A stretch of 64,000 nucleotides of DNA from Bacteroidota bacterium (GTDB lineage: Bacteria > Bacteroidota > Bacteroidia > Bacteroidales > UBA4417). Where the stretch lies: assembly GCA_022711175.1 (NCBI GenBank), contig JAKLFM010000003.1:52709-116708 (forward strand), written 5' to 3'. Position 1 is the stretch's first letter. The number at the start of each line of letters is the position of its first letter. A model generated the notes under the pieces. That model saw only the letters and a list, made by a program, of their open reading frames with translations. It did not search any database and was not told where the DNA came from. A program made the translations under genes and the position numbers. Below, piece after piece: positions 1-8,648 of the stretch.

Positions 1-10
1 CCAATCTACA

Positions 11-3000
11 ATGACATTAAAATCTACTCTTACTCAATGTTCTCTTATTCTGACTATATGCCTTTCGGTACTAACCCTTGGCGGTTTTGCTGAAAAGGTC
101 ACCTATCAGGAGAACTGGAACAACCCTGGAATTTCGATCAGGCAACAAAGCGCCCAGGGTGTCAGCATTGGCTTTTCGATCAAGGAATTTGACATTGCCA
201 CCCGTGCCTTTAACGGTGAAATGATGCAGGAAATTGAACTCACCGGCAACTTTTTACCAAATGCCGAAGGCGCTCCCAATTTACCGGTAATCAGCAGGTA
301 CATAGCCTTGCCACAAGGAGCACAGGCAACAGTTGTAGTTAAAAGGCAACGCACCGAGGTAATCGACAATGTAAGTCTTGCACCGGCACCACGCATCCCT
401 CTCGATACCGAACGCGGGCCTTTGCAGTACAACAAGGATCTGAGTATATATTCGAGCAACACTTATTATCCGCAGCAACCGGTTATTCTTTCACAGCCCT
501 CAAAACTGCGTGGTGTTGACGTTGTACTTGTCAGCATTACTCCTTACCAATACAACCCTGTTACCAAACAACTGGTTGTAATCCGCGATCTTGATGTGGA
601 GGTGAATTTTACCGGCGGTAACGGACATTTTGGTGAAGACCGTTTGCGCAGTCGTTACTGGGATCCTATTTTGAAAGATAACATTTTCAACAGCGAATCG
701 CTGCCAGCAATTGATTACAGCGCCCGTATGGCTTATCAGTCAAAGAATCGCGAAACCGGCTGCGAATATCTGATCATTGTTCCCAACGATGCAATATTCA
801 GCCAGTGGGCCGATACTATCAAGAAATTTCGCACAGAACAAGGAATTCTAACAAAAATTGTCACTTTGCAGGAGATTGGCGGCAACACAACAACAGCCAT
901 CGAGAATTATATTAACAATGCCTATAACAACTGGGATATTCCTCCTGCCGCATTCCTCATGATGGCCGATCATGGCACCAATGCTTCAACCCAGATTCCC
1001 GCTCCCATTTGGGACAGCTACTGCGTTTCGGATAATATTTATGCCGACGTTGATAACGACGACATGCCTGAAATAGCTCCTGCCCGCATGACTGCTCAAA
1101 ATGCAGATCACCTGAAAACCATGGTTGAAAAGTTTATCGGTTATGAAACCAATCCGCCTACAAGTGCATCGTTCTATAACAGTCCGATTACAGCCCTTGG
1201 CTGGCAAACCGAACGTTGGTTCCAGATTTGCTCAGAAGTTGTTGGCGGTTTCTGGAAAAATTCATTGGGCAAAACGCCTATACGCATCAACGCTGTTTAC
1301 CAGGGCAACCCGGCTTCCGACCCCTGGTCAACGGCCAGTAATACTGCTACGGTGGTTAATTATTTCGGCCCTACCGGTTGTGCTTACATACCGGCTACTC
1401 CACAGGAACTTGGTGGTTTCGACGGTGGCACTCCAGCCATGGTGAACCAGGCACTTAACAATGGCTCTTTTATGCTTCAACACCGCGATCATGGCTTTGA
1501 ACAAGGCTGGGGCGAACCAGGTTACACTTCTACGCACATTTCGAGTCTTACCAATGTTGGTAAACTTTCATACATCATGTCGGTTAACTGCCTTACCGGG
1601 AAATACAATTACAGCAGTGAGGTTTTTGCCGAAAAGTTCCATCGCTACAAGTATAATAATCAATATGCCGGGGCTGTCGGTATACTTGCCGCATCCGAAG
1701 TGTCGTATTCATTCGTTAACGATGCTTTCGTTTGGGGTATGTATGATAATATGTGGCCCAACTTCCTGCCATCATACGGAGCGCTTTACGAAGAAAGAGA
1801 CCTGACGCCGGCTTTTGGAATGTGTGCAGGAAAAATATTTCTTCAGCAGTCTTCGTGGCCATATAACAGCGGAGATAAAGAAGTTACCTATCACCTGTTT
1901 CATCATCATGGTGATGCCTTCCTGAATGTCTATTCCGAAGTTCCACAGCAACTTACTGTCAGTCATAACGAAGTTATGCTGCAAGGCCTCAGCACTTTTG
2001 ATGTAACGGCAAACGAAGGTGCATTCATTGCCCTTACTGCTAATGGTCAGATCATTGGTACAGGTGTTGGGACCGGCAGTCCTGTTGCCATACCGGTTAA
2101 TACACCTGCTATTGGAACCATTGTGAAGATTGTTGTAACCAAGCAGAATTATTTCAGGCATACATCAACCGTTATTGTTATTTCACCCGAAAATCCTTAT
2201 GTGATAACATCGGGAGTGAGTGTTGACGATCCAGCAGGCAACAATAACCAAAAACTCGACTTCAGCGAAACAGCTTTCCTTGCGCTAACGCAGGAAAACT
2301 TAGGCAATACCGATTCGCAAAATACAAATGTAACCATCAGTCTAAGTGATCCTTATGTTACCATTGTTGATAATACCGAAAACTATGGAACAGTTCCGGC
2401 ACATCAGTCGGTCACCGTTAACCAGGGATTCCAGGTACAGGTTGCCAGCAATATTCCCAATGGATACACTGCGAACGTGCAAGCGACGGCCACCAATGGT
2501 ATTGATACATGGGTAAGCAATTTTGCCCTCATCTGTTTTGCACCTCAGTTATCGGCTACTACCCTGGTAATTGATGATTCGCAGAACGGCAACAACAATG
2601 GACGGCTCGATGCAGGTGAGACCGCAGATGTAATAATCTCAAACATCAACTCAGGGGGTGCCACTGCTCTAAATGCCATTGGAACAATGCTCGCAGGTAG
2701 TAACTGGGTTACAGTTAATACCGGTACCTATACAATTGGCGATATTGCACCACTTTCAGCACCTACAGCTGTATTTAATATTACAGTAAATCCCAACACA
2801 CCAGCAGGTTTACAAATCCCGCTCCAATATGCTGTTACTGCCGGCGCTTATTCGGCTGAACGCATATATAATATACAAGCAGGCATTATAGTTGAAGATT
2901 GGGAAACCGGCGATTTTTCGAAATTCAGTTGGATTGGCGGTGGCAACCAACCCTGGACCATCACCACTACTCAGCCTTATGAAGGCACTTATTCTGCAAA

Positions 3001-4861
3001 ATCAGGGACAATTAATAATGGTCAAACATCACAGCTGATCCTCAACTTCCAGGTACCGGCCAACGACACTGTAAGTTTCTATTACAAAACCTCATCGGAA
3101 GCATCAAAGGATAAACTGCGCTTTTATATTGATGTAAATGAGAAAGGTTCGTATAGTGGCAGTACCAGCTGGACCAACGCGAAATTCCCGATTACCGCCG
3201 GGTCTCACACCCTGAAATGGATTTACAGCAAAGATGCCTCCGGAAGTTCGGGCAGCGACTGTGCCTGGGTTGATTTCATCGTATTGCCCGCATCACCCAC
3301 AACCGCCTGCATTGCCGGCCCCGATGGATATTCATGCCAGGGTGAACCCTATCAGTGCAATGCTGAAGCCGTTAACTACAACACAATAGCATGGTCAACT
3401 TCAGGAAGCGGTACATTCAGCAATTCAACCATTCTGAATCCTGTTTATACACCCAGTGCAGGCGATATTGCCGATGGCCAGGTAACATTAACGGTGGCTG
3501 CTACAGGCGTTTCGGGTACTTCGGTTGACAACATGATACTCGCCTTTATGGATCCCGCTACCGCCAATGCCGGCGCTAACGGTTATACCTGCGAATCAGG
3601 GTATTATGTTCATTCGGGCGCTTCGGCTTCAAATTACAATTCGGTTTACTGGACAACAAGCGGTACCGGTACATTCAATAATATAAACCAGTTAAATCCT
3701 GTTTACACCCCGAGTGCTGCCGACGCCGACGCAGGCAGCGTTACCCTCACACTTAATGCAGTTAACCTGGGATGCGGAAACACTTCCTCAGCGATTACGC
3801 TTACTATTTATCAATCGCCCGAACCATCTGTTGCCGGCGAAATAACACTGTGTCAGCAATCGCAAAATGTACCGTATTCAACACCTTTTGTTGCCGGTAA
3901 CTCTTATAACTGGACAGTTACAGGTGGAGAAATGGTAGCCGGTACCAATCCCAACGAAATAACAGTGAACTGGAATGAAGCCGGTATTGGAAGCGTAACA
4001 GTAGCTGAGACAACGCCAAATAATTGTATGACTTCATCGGCTGTGAATGTGGTGGTGAATGAAATTCCGATGCCCACAATTAATGGCAGTGATCAACTTT
4101 GTGCAGGTGAAACCATTACCTATACAACACCACTGGTTGCAGGCAACTCATACAACTGGGAAGCAGCAGGTGCTGTAATTTCAGCAGGCCAGGGAACCAA
4201 CGAAGTACAGGTACTGTTCGAAAACCCGGGCAGTTATAACGTAACGGTGACCGAAACCAACGGTACAACATTATGTGGCAATACCGACATTGCTGCTGTT
4301 GCTGTAAACGCTCAGCCCTCGGTGCCTGAAACACCTCAGGGTGACGACCGCGCCGACTTATACTATGTCACTGCAACTGATTTGACTGTTACGGCTGTTC
4401 CTTATGCCGCTGAATACACATGGCAAATCTCCCCTGCCAATGCAGGTACAATTGCCAATACCGGAAATGTAGCCACAATAACCTGGAATTCATCCTTCCG
4501 TGGCACTGCTGAAGTTACCGTTAAAACCGGAAATAACTGCGGCGAAAGCACCTGGTCGCCAGTAAAATCAATTGAGGTTCTTAACTCAACAGGAATCATA
4601 GAACCAGGTAAGGCTTTGGGTATTAGCATTACACCTAATCCGAACGACGGTAAATTCTACCTCACCGTTTCCACCCCCGGTATCCAAAACTTCGACTACC
4701 AGATCGTTAATTCAAATGGTGCTGTAGTTCTGGAAAACCGCAATCTGCAATCAATGGGCAAATATGCTGCTCAACTTGATACAAAGCTTGCCCCTGGCGT
4801 TTACAGCCTGATTGTGACCACAGTATCGGGTCAGGAAACTGAGCGCTTCATTGTTAAATAA
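11..4861 (+). CDS. Large secreted peptidase C25 (gingipain-family cysteine peptidase) with a MAM-like jelly-roll domain, repeated Ig/PKD-like modules and a T9SS C-terminal sorting domain
   Basis: 1616-aa ORF with an N-terminal signal peptide (MTLKSTLTQCSLILTICLSVLTLGGFA). The His...Cys catalytic dyad has gingipain-like spacing: HRDHG (His codon nt 1490-1492) and SVNCLTG (Cys codon nt 1589-1591). The C-terminal ~80 aa (ITPNPNDGKFYL...GVYSLIVTT...RFIVK) fit the T9SS CTD pattern. A hairpin terminator follows. Confidence 0.9.
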   Translation: MTLKSTLTQCSLILTICLSVLTLGGFAEKVTYQENWNNPGISIRQQSAQGVSIGFSIKEFDIATRAFNGEMMQEIELTGNFLPNAEGAPNLPVISRYIALPQGAQATVVVKRQRTEVIDNVSLAPAPRIPLDTERGPLQYNKDLSIYSSNTYYPQQPVILSQPSKLRGVDVVLVSITPYQYNPVTKQLVVIRDLDVEVNFTGGNGHFGEDRLRSRYWDPILKDNIFNSESLPAIDYSARMAYQSKNRETGCEYLIIVPNDAIFSQWADTIKKFRTEQGILTKIVTLQEIGGNTTTAIENYINNAYNNWDIPPAAFLMMADHGTNASTQIPAPIWDSYCVSDNIYADVDNDDMPEIAPARMTAQNADHLKTMVEKFIGYETNPPTSASFYNSPITALGWQTERWFQICSEVVGGFWKNSLGKTPIRINAVYQGNPASDPWSTASNTATVVNYFGPTGCAYIPATPQELGGFDGGTPAMVNQALNNGSFMLQHRDHGFEQGWGEPGYTSTHISSLTNVGKLSYIMSVNCLTGKYNYSSEVFAEKFHRYKYNNQYAGAVGILAASEVSYSFVNDAFVWGMYDNMWPNFLPSYGALYEERDLTPAFGMCAGKIFLQQSSWPYNSGDKEVTYHLFHHHGDAFLNVYSEVPQQLTVSHNEVMLQGLSTFDVTANEGAFIALTANGQIIGTGVGTGSPVAIPVNTPAIGTIVKIVVTKQNYFRHTSTVIVISPENPYVITSGVSVDDPAGNNNQKLDFSETAFLALTQENLGNTDSQNTNVTISLSDPYVTIVDNTENYGTVPAHQSVTVNQGFQVQVASNIPNGYTANVQATATNGIDTWVSNFALICFAPQLSATTLVIDDSQNGNNNGRLDAGETADVIISNINSGGATALNAIGTMLAGSNWVTVNTGTYTIGDIAPLSAPTAVFNITVNPNTPAGLQIPLQYAVTAGAYSAERIYNIQAGIIVEDWETGDFSKFSWIGGGNQPWTITTTQPYEGTYSAKSGTINNGQTSQLILNFQVPANDTVSFYYKTSSEASKDKLRFYIDVNEKGSYSGSTSWTNAKFPITAGSHTLKWIYSKDASGSSGSDCAWVDFIVLPASPTTACIAGPDGYSCQGEPYQCNAEAVNYNTIAWSTSGSGTFSNSTILNPVYTPSAGDIADGQVTLTVAATGVSGTSVDNMILAFMDPATANAGANGYTCESGYYVHSGASASNYNSVYWTTSGTGTFNNINQLNPVYTPSAADADAGSVTLTLNAVNLGCGNTSSAITLTIYQSPEPSVAGEITLCQQSQNVPYSTPFVAGNSYNWTVTGGEMVAGTNPNEITVNWNEAGIGSVTVAETTPNNCMTSSAVNVVVNEIPMPTINGSDQLCAGETITYTTPLVAGNSYNWEAAGAVISAGQGTNEVQVLFENPGSYNVTVTETNGTTLCGNTDIAAVAVNAQPSVPETPQGDDRADLYYVTATDLTVTAVPYAAEYTWQISPANAGTIANTGNVATITWNSSFRGTAEVTVKTGNNCGESTWSPVKSIEVLNSTGIIEPGKALGISITPNPNDGKFYLTVSTPGIQNFDYQIVNSNGAVVLENRNLQSMGKYAAQLDTKLAPGVYSLIVTTVSGQETERFIVK

Positions 4862-4880
4862 TTTTTATCCTGATATGTTG

Positions 4881-4915
4881 AAAAGCCGGTGACGAATCAC
4901 CGGCTTTTTATTTTT
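4881..4915 (+). terminator. Rho-independent terminator after the first C25 gene
   Basis: Perfect 12-bp stem aaaagccggtga / tcaccggctttt (4881-4892 / 4897-4908) with loop cgaa, followed by a T-rich tail. Confidence 0.7.
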
Positions 4916-5037
4916 CTGCCTCACTCATCAGTACCTGAATGTAAAAACAAAGTTTTTTTCAATTAATATGTATTCAGACTATTACTTCCGGGTAAAGGAG
5001 CTATTAATTAATACACTGCTCGTATACTCCTTTACTC

Positions 5038-8000
5038 ATGAAGAAACTCCTGGTACTCAACCTGCTCGTTGTACTTATCTTATCCTTACGGATAGATGGT
5101 TTCGGAGCAAAAACATGGGTGGAAATTACCCCCGGCACTCCCCGGCCTGCAACCGTCCTCACTCGTTCAACAGCTGATGGAGGCTTTATTGTAGATGTTT
5201 CTTTTACCGGATTTTATCTTAACCCTGTTGTTATCAATAGCAGTGAATATCAACAGGTAAGCTTGCCGGGAGCATATCCCCTGCTTGATGCCGGCAATCC
5301 CGACCTGCCTTTCCTCAATGCAACGCTAAATATCCCGGCAACAGGCCACTTTATGAGCCGAATTAGCAGTGCCGAATATGTTGAGTATGAAAATGTTCTG
5401 ATTGCCCCGTCAAAAGGCAATCTCCCGATTACCGGGGAAGCTTCAACAACACCTTTTAATTTTAGCGATAGCTATAATGACGATTTATTTTACCCCGGCG
5501 CCCTAACTACCGATCAACAGGCATTTATCCTGCGTAATCTGCGCGGCCAGTCATTCAACTTTCAGCCATTCCAATATAATCCGGTCACCCGCACATTAAG
5601 GGTTTATTACAGTCTGTCAGTAGAGGTATTCAAATCAGGCAACCAGGGTGACAATGAACTCACTACATACGACAGCAATATAAAAGGTTTCAGGGAGATG
5701 GCTGCTTCGTTTCAATCGTGTTTTGCCAACAATCAAACACGTTCAGGCCAGCTGCCCGACGAAAATGGTAGTATGCTGGTAGTCTGTCCGGCTGATTTCA
5801 TGTCTGCAATTAAACCTTTTACCGATTGGAAAAATGCGTGCGGAATCACAACCAGTGTGGTTGATGCCGGACTTTTCAGCACCCCTGAAGAGCTTCGCAA
5901 CTTCATTCAGCAACACTACTATGCTGTCGGCAACCTGGCTTACCTGTTATTGGTCGGCGATGCTGATCAGGTTCCTCCGTTTATGATTGGCGAAGATGCC
6001 TCTGATAATTACTATGGCTACCTGGCCGGCGACGATCATTATCCCGAAGTTTATGTCGGACGTTTTTCGGCTGAAAATGCTGATGAACTCATGACCCAGG
6101 TAAACCGGACACTTGAATACGAAAAAGCAACAGACGGTGATTCGAAATATCTTTCGGCGGTTACAGGAGTTGCATCAACACTTGAATATGGTGATGATAA
6201 TGAAAGCGACTTCCAGCATATAAGGAACCTGCTGAATACACTTAAGGATTCAGGATACGATAACCTGGCCGAACTTTATGATGGCTCGCAGGGCGGCTTA
6301 GATGCCGATGGTTATCCCACAGCACAAATGGCTTCTGACCGTTTCAACCAGGGAACTGGGGTGATTTTGTATTCCGGACATGGCGGAATAAATTCCTGGC
6401 TTACATCACAAATTTCTTCATCACTCGTTAACGGGCTAAACAATCATGGCCGTTATCCTTTTATCTGGTCAGTGGCCTGCGAAACAGGCAATTTTGTTGA
6501 TCATACCTGCCTGGCTGAAACCTGGCTCCGCGCAACCGACGATAACGGTAAACCTGCCGGTGCCGTTGCTGCCCTTATGGCTTCGGGTGTACAAACTTCG
6601 ATGCCGCCAATGGAAGCCCAGGATGAAATGGTAAACCAGCTTGCAAAGGGCACCCTGAAAACTTTTGGCGGCGTTTCGCACAGCGGGCTCATCAGTATGA
6701 ACAACGTTTATGGCAGATTCGGTTATGCGATGTCCGATTCATGGATTCTCTTCGGCGACCCATCGCTTACTCTGCGTACCAAAGCCCCGGATTCAATCCA
6801 TGCAAACCACAAACCCTACATTGGTAAAGGCAACATCATGTTTACTGTAAGTGCTAATGTTGCCAATGGATCAGCCTGCCTTTCGCAGGATGGTATAACA
6901 CTTGGATATGCCCCGGTGGTGCAGGGCAATGCACAAATCGTACTCAATGTACCGGCAGCAGGCACTTCGATGCTGCTTACCATAACTTCGGCCAATTACT
7001 TTCCCTATTCGGCAGAGCTCGAAGTAATGAACACGCCTGCTGATGCTGTTGCCGTTACCCCTGTAAATCACAGCAAACTCGTTCCTGTAAACCCGGTCTT
7101 TGAATGGAATCCCGGTGACGGTGCAAAGCCTGATAACTACAGGTTTTTTATTGGAACTGACTATCCTCCGACCAACATAGTCAATGGAGCCACAATCATC
7201 AATGCCAGCTATAGTCCTGAGATTCGCCTCCACTACAACACCACCTATTACTGGCGTGTTGAATCATCAAACAGCCATGGAAATGCTGCAGGTATTATCA
7301 ATGATTTCACCACAGTGTTTCGTCCGGATGAGGATTTTGAAGCAGGCTCAATCAAGAGTTCCCTGGCATGGATCAGCGAAGGTGGTTCATGGACAACAGA
7401 CAATCACGGTGCTTTTGACGGCGATTATTGTGGCCGTTCGGCCGAAATTCCTGATAATGGTTTCTCGTCGCTAAAATATACCTGCAATGTGATTTCGTGC
7501 GATTTTGTGAGCTTCTGGAGAAAGACATCGACCGAGAGCAATCGCGATAAACTTATTTTCCTGGTTGACGGACTTATCATCAATGAATGGAGTGGCGAAA
7601 CCACCTGGGGCCGCGAGTCATATTCCATTGCACCCGGACTGCACGAACTTGAATGGCGATATACCAAAGATGTGAACATTAATTGCGGAGAAGATGCGGT
7701 GTGGCTCGATGATATTCACCTTCCGGTTCACGATGCAATGCTGGCCTCAACAACGCCTGTTAGCAGTGTTTGTTCAGGAATGTGCTTCTCGCCTGAATCA
7801 TCAGCAGCAAACTTTAACAGCATTACCTGGCAAACATCAGGCGATGGCACTTTTAACGATGCAAACCTGCTTACCCCGCAATACACACCTGGCCCCAACG
7901 ATCTGTCAACCGGTGCGTTTCTGTTAACCATGAATGTTCAGGGTTATGAAGGATGTCCCGATTTTGCCGGGCTTGTGATGAGCATGGTCAATCCCGTTCC

Positions 8001-8490
8001 GCAAATTAACCTGCCGGCTGATACAATGGCCAATGCCGATGGCAGCCTGTTTCTCGATGGCACCTGCGAAAACGGCGTGAGTTACGAATGGATCCAACCG
8101 GGTGTTAATACTCCTTACATCACGGTAAATGAATCGCTCGCTGTTGATAACCAAATTGAGCTGACCCTCAAAGTCAGCAATGAATTCGGCTGCTCCTCCG
8201 AGAAAACCACCACAGTCCACTTTGTAAAACCCGACGAAAAGCCTTCGTTCGAAATATACCCGAACCCTTGTACCGATTACTTCACCATTCAGCCTCAGAA
8301 CGGCTTTATGCCATTAAACCGCCTGTATATGGTTAATGCCCAGGGAGCCATTTTATGGCAACAGGATTCGGAGATGGTGATAAACGGAAGCTTAACTTTC
8401 GATTTGCCACAATTAGCTTCGGGCTTGTATATGGTTGTAGCCGAAACCGATGGTGGCACTGTTGCACAACCCATACTCATCAAACCATAA
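5038..8490 (+). CDS. Secreted peptidase C25 (gingipain-family cysteine peptidase) with a MAM-like domain and T9SS C-terminal sorting domain
   Basis: 1150-aa ORF with signal peptide MKKLLVLNLLVVLILSL. The segment SGHGGINSWLTSQ...YPFIWSVACETGNF closely parallels the gingipain R catalytic His/Cys segment as I recall it (His codon nt 6379-6381, Cys codon nt 6478-6480). The C-terminus (YPNPCTDYFTIQP...GLYMVVAETDGG...ILIKP) fits a T9SS CTD. Confidence 0.9.
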   Translation: MKKLLVLNLLVVLILSLRIDGFGAKTWVEITPGTPRPATVLTRSTADGGFIVDVSFTGFYLNPVVINSSEYQQVSLPGAYPLLDAGNPDLPFLNATLNIPATGHFMSRISSAEYVEYENVLIAPSKGNLPITGEASTTPFNFSDSYNDDLFYPGALTTDQQAFILRNLRGQSFNFQPFQYNPVTRTLRVYYSLSVEVFKSGNQGDNELTTYDSNIKGFREMAASFQSCFANNQTRSGQLPDENGSMLVVCPADFMSAIKPFTDWKNACGITTSVVDAGLFSTPEELRNFIQQHYYAVGNLAYLLLVGDADQVPPFMIGEDASDNYYGYLAGDDHYPEVYVGRFSAENADELMTQVNRTLEYEKATDGDSKYLSAVTGVASTLEYGDDNESDFQHIRNLLNTLKDSGYDNLAELYDGSQGGLDADGYPTAQMASDRFNQGTGVILYSGHGGINSWLTSQISSSLVNGLNNHGRYPFIWSVACETGNFVDHTCLAETWLRATDDNGKPAGAVAALMASGVQTSMPPMEAQDEMVNQLAKGTLKTFGGVSHSGLISMNNVYGRFGYAMSDSWILFGDPSLTLRTKAPDSIHANHKPYIGKGNIMFTVSANVANGSACLSQDGITLGYAPVVQGNAQIVLNVPAAGTSMLLTITSANYFPYSAELEVMNTPADAVAVTPVNHSKLVPVNPVFEWNPGDGAKPDNYRFFIGTDYPPTNIVNGATIINASYSPEIRLHYNTTYYWRVESSNSHGNAAGIINDFTTVFRPDEDFEAGSIKSSLAWISEGGSWTTDNHGAFDGDYCGRSAEIPDNGFSSLKYTCNVISCDFVSFWRKTSTESNRDKLIFLVDGLIINEWSGETTWGRESYSIAPGLHELEWRYTKDVNINCGEDAVWLDDIHLPVHDAMLASTTPVSSVCSGMCFSPESSAANFNSITWQTSGDGTFNDANLLTPQYTPGPNDLSTGAFLLTMNVQGYEGCPDFAGLVMSMVNPVPQINLPADTMANADGSLFLDGTCENGVSYEWIQPGVNTPYITVNESLAVDNQIELTLKVSNEFGCSSEKTTTVHFVKPDEKPSFEIYPNPCTDYFTIQPQNGFMPLNRLYMVNAQGAILWQQDSEMVINGSLTFDLPQLASGLYMVVAETDGGTVAQPILIKP

Positions 8491-8516
8491 CTCGTAATAC
8501 TCCACCTACTTCCTTC

Positions 8517-8549
8517 AAAGCCGGTACTGAAACCGGCTTTACTATTTTA
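8517..8549 (+). terminator. Probable rho-independent terminator after the second C25 gene
   Basis: 9-bp stem aaagccggt / accggcttt (8517-8525 / 8532-8540) with loop actgaa. The T tail is weak and interrupted (actatttta). Confidence 0.5.
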
Positions 8550-8617
8550 TGGCTTTTCCGTTCATACGAATTTCACCGCGAATGAATGGCCAATGCTGCG
8601 AAGAGATGAAAAATAGC

Positions 8618-8625
8618 TACTTTTG
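8618..8625 (+). promoter_or_regulatory. Bacteroidota-type -7 promoter element (TAnnTTTG) upstream of the deiminase gene
   Basis: tacttttg matches TAnnTTTG, 24 nt upstream of the ATG at 8649. Confidence 0.5.
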
Positions 8626-8648
8626 ACCTATACTCCAAACTGAACTCT

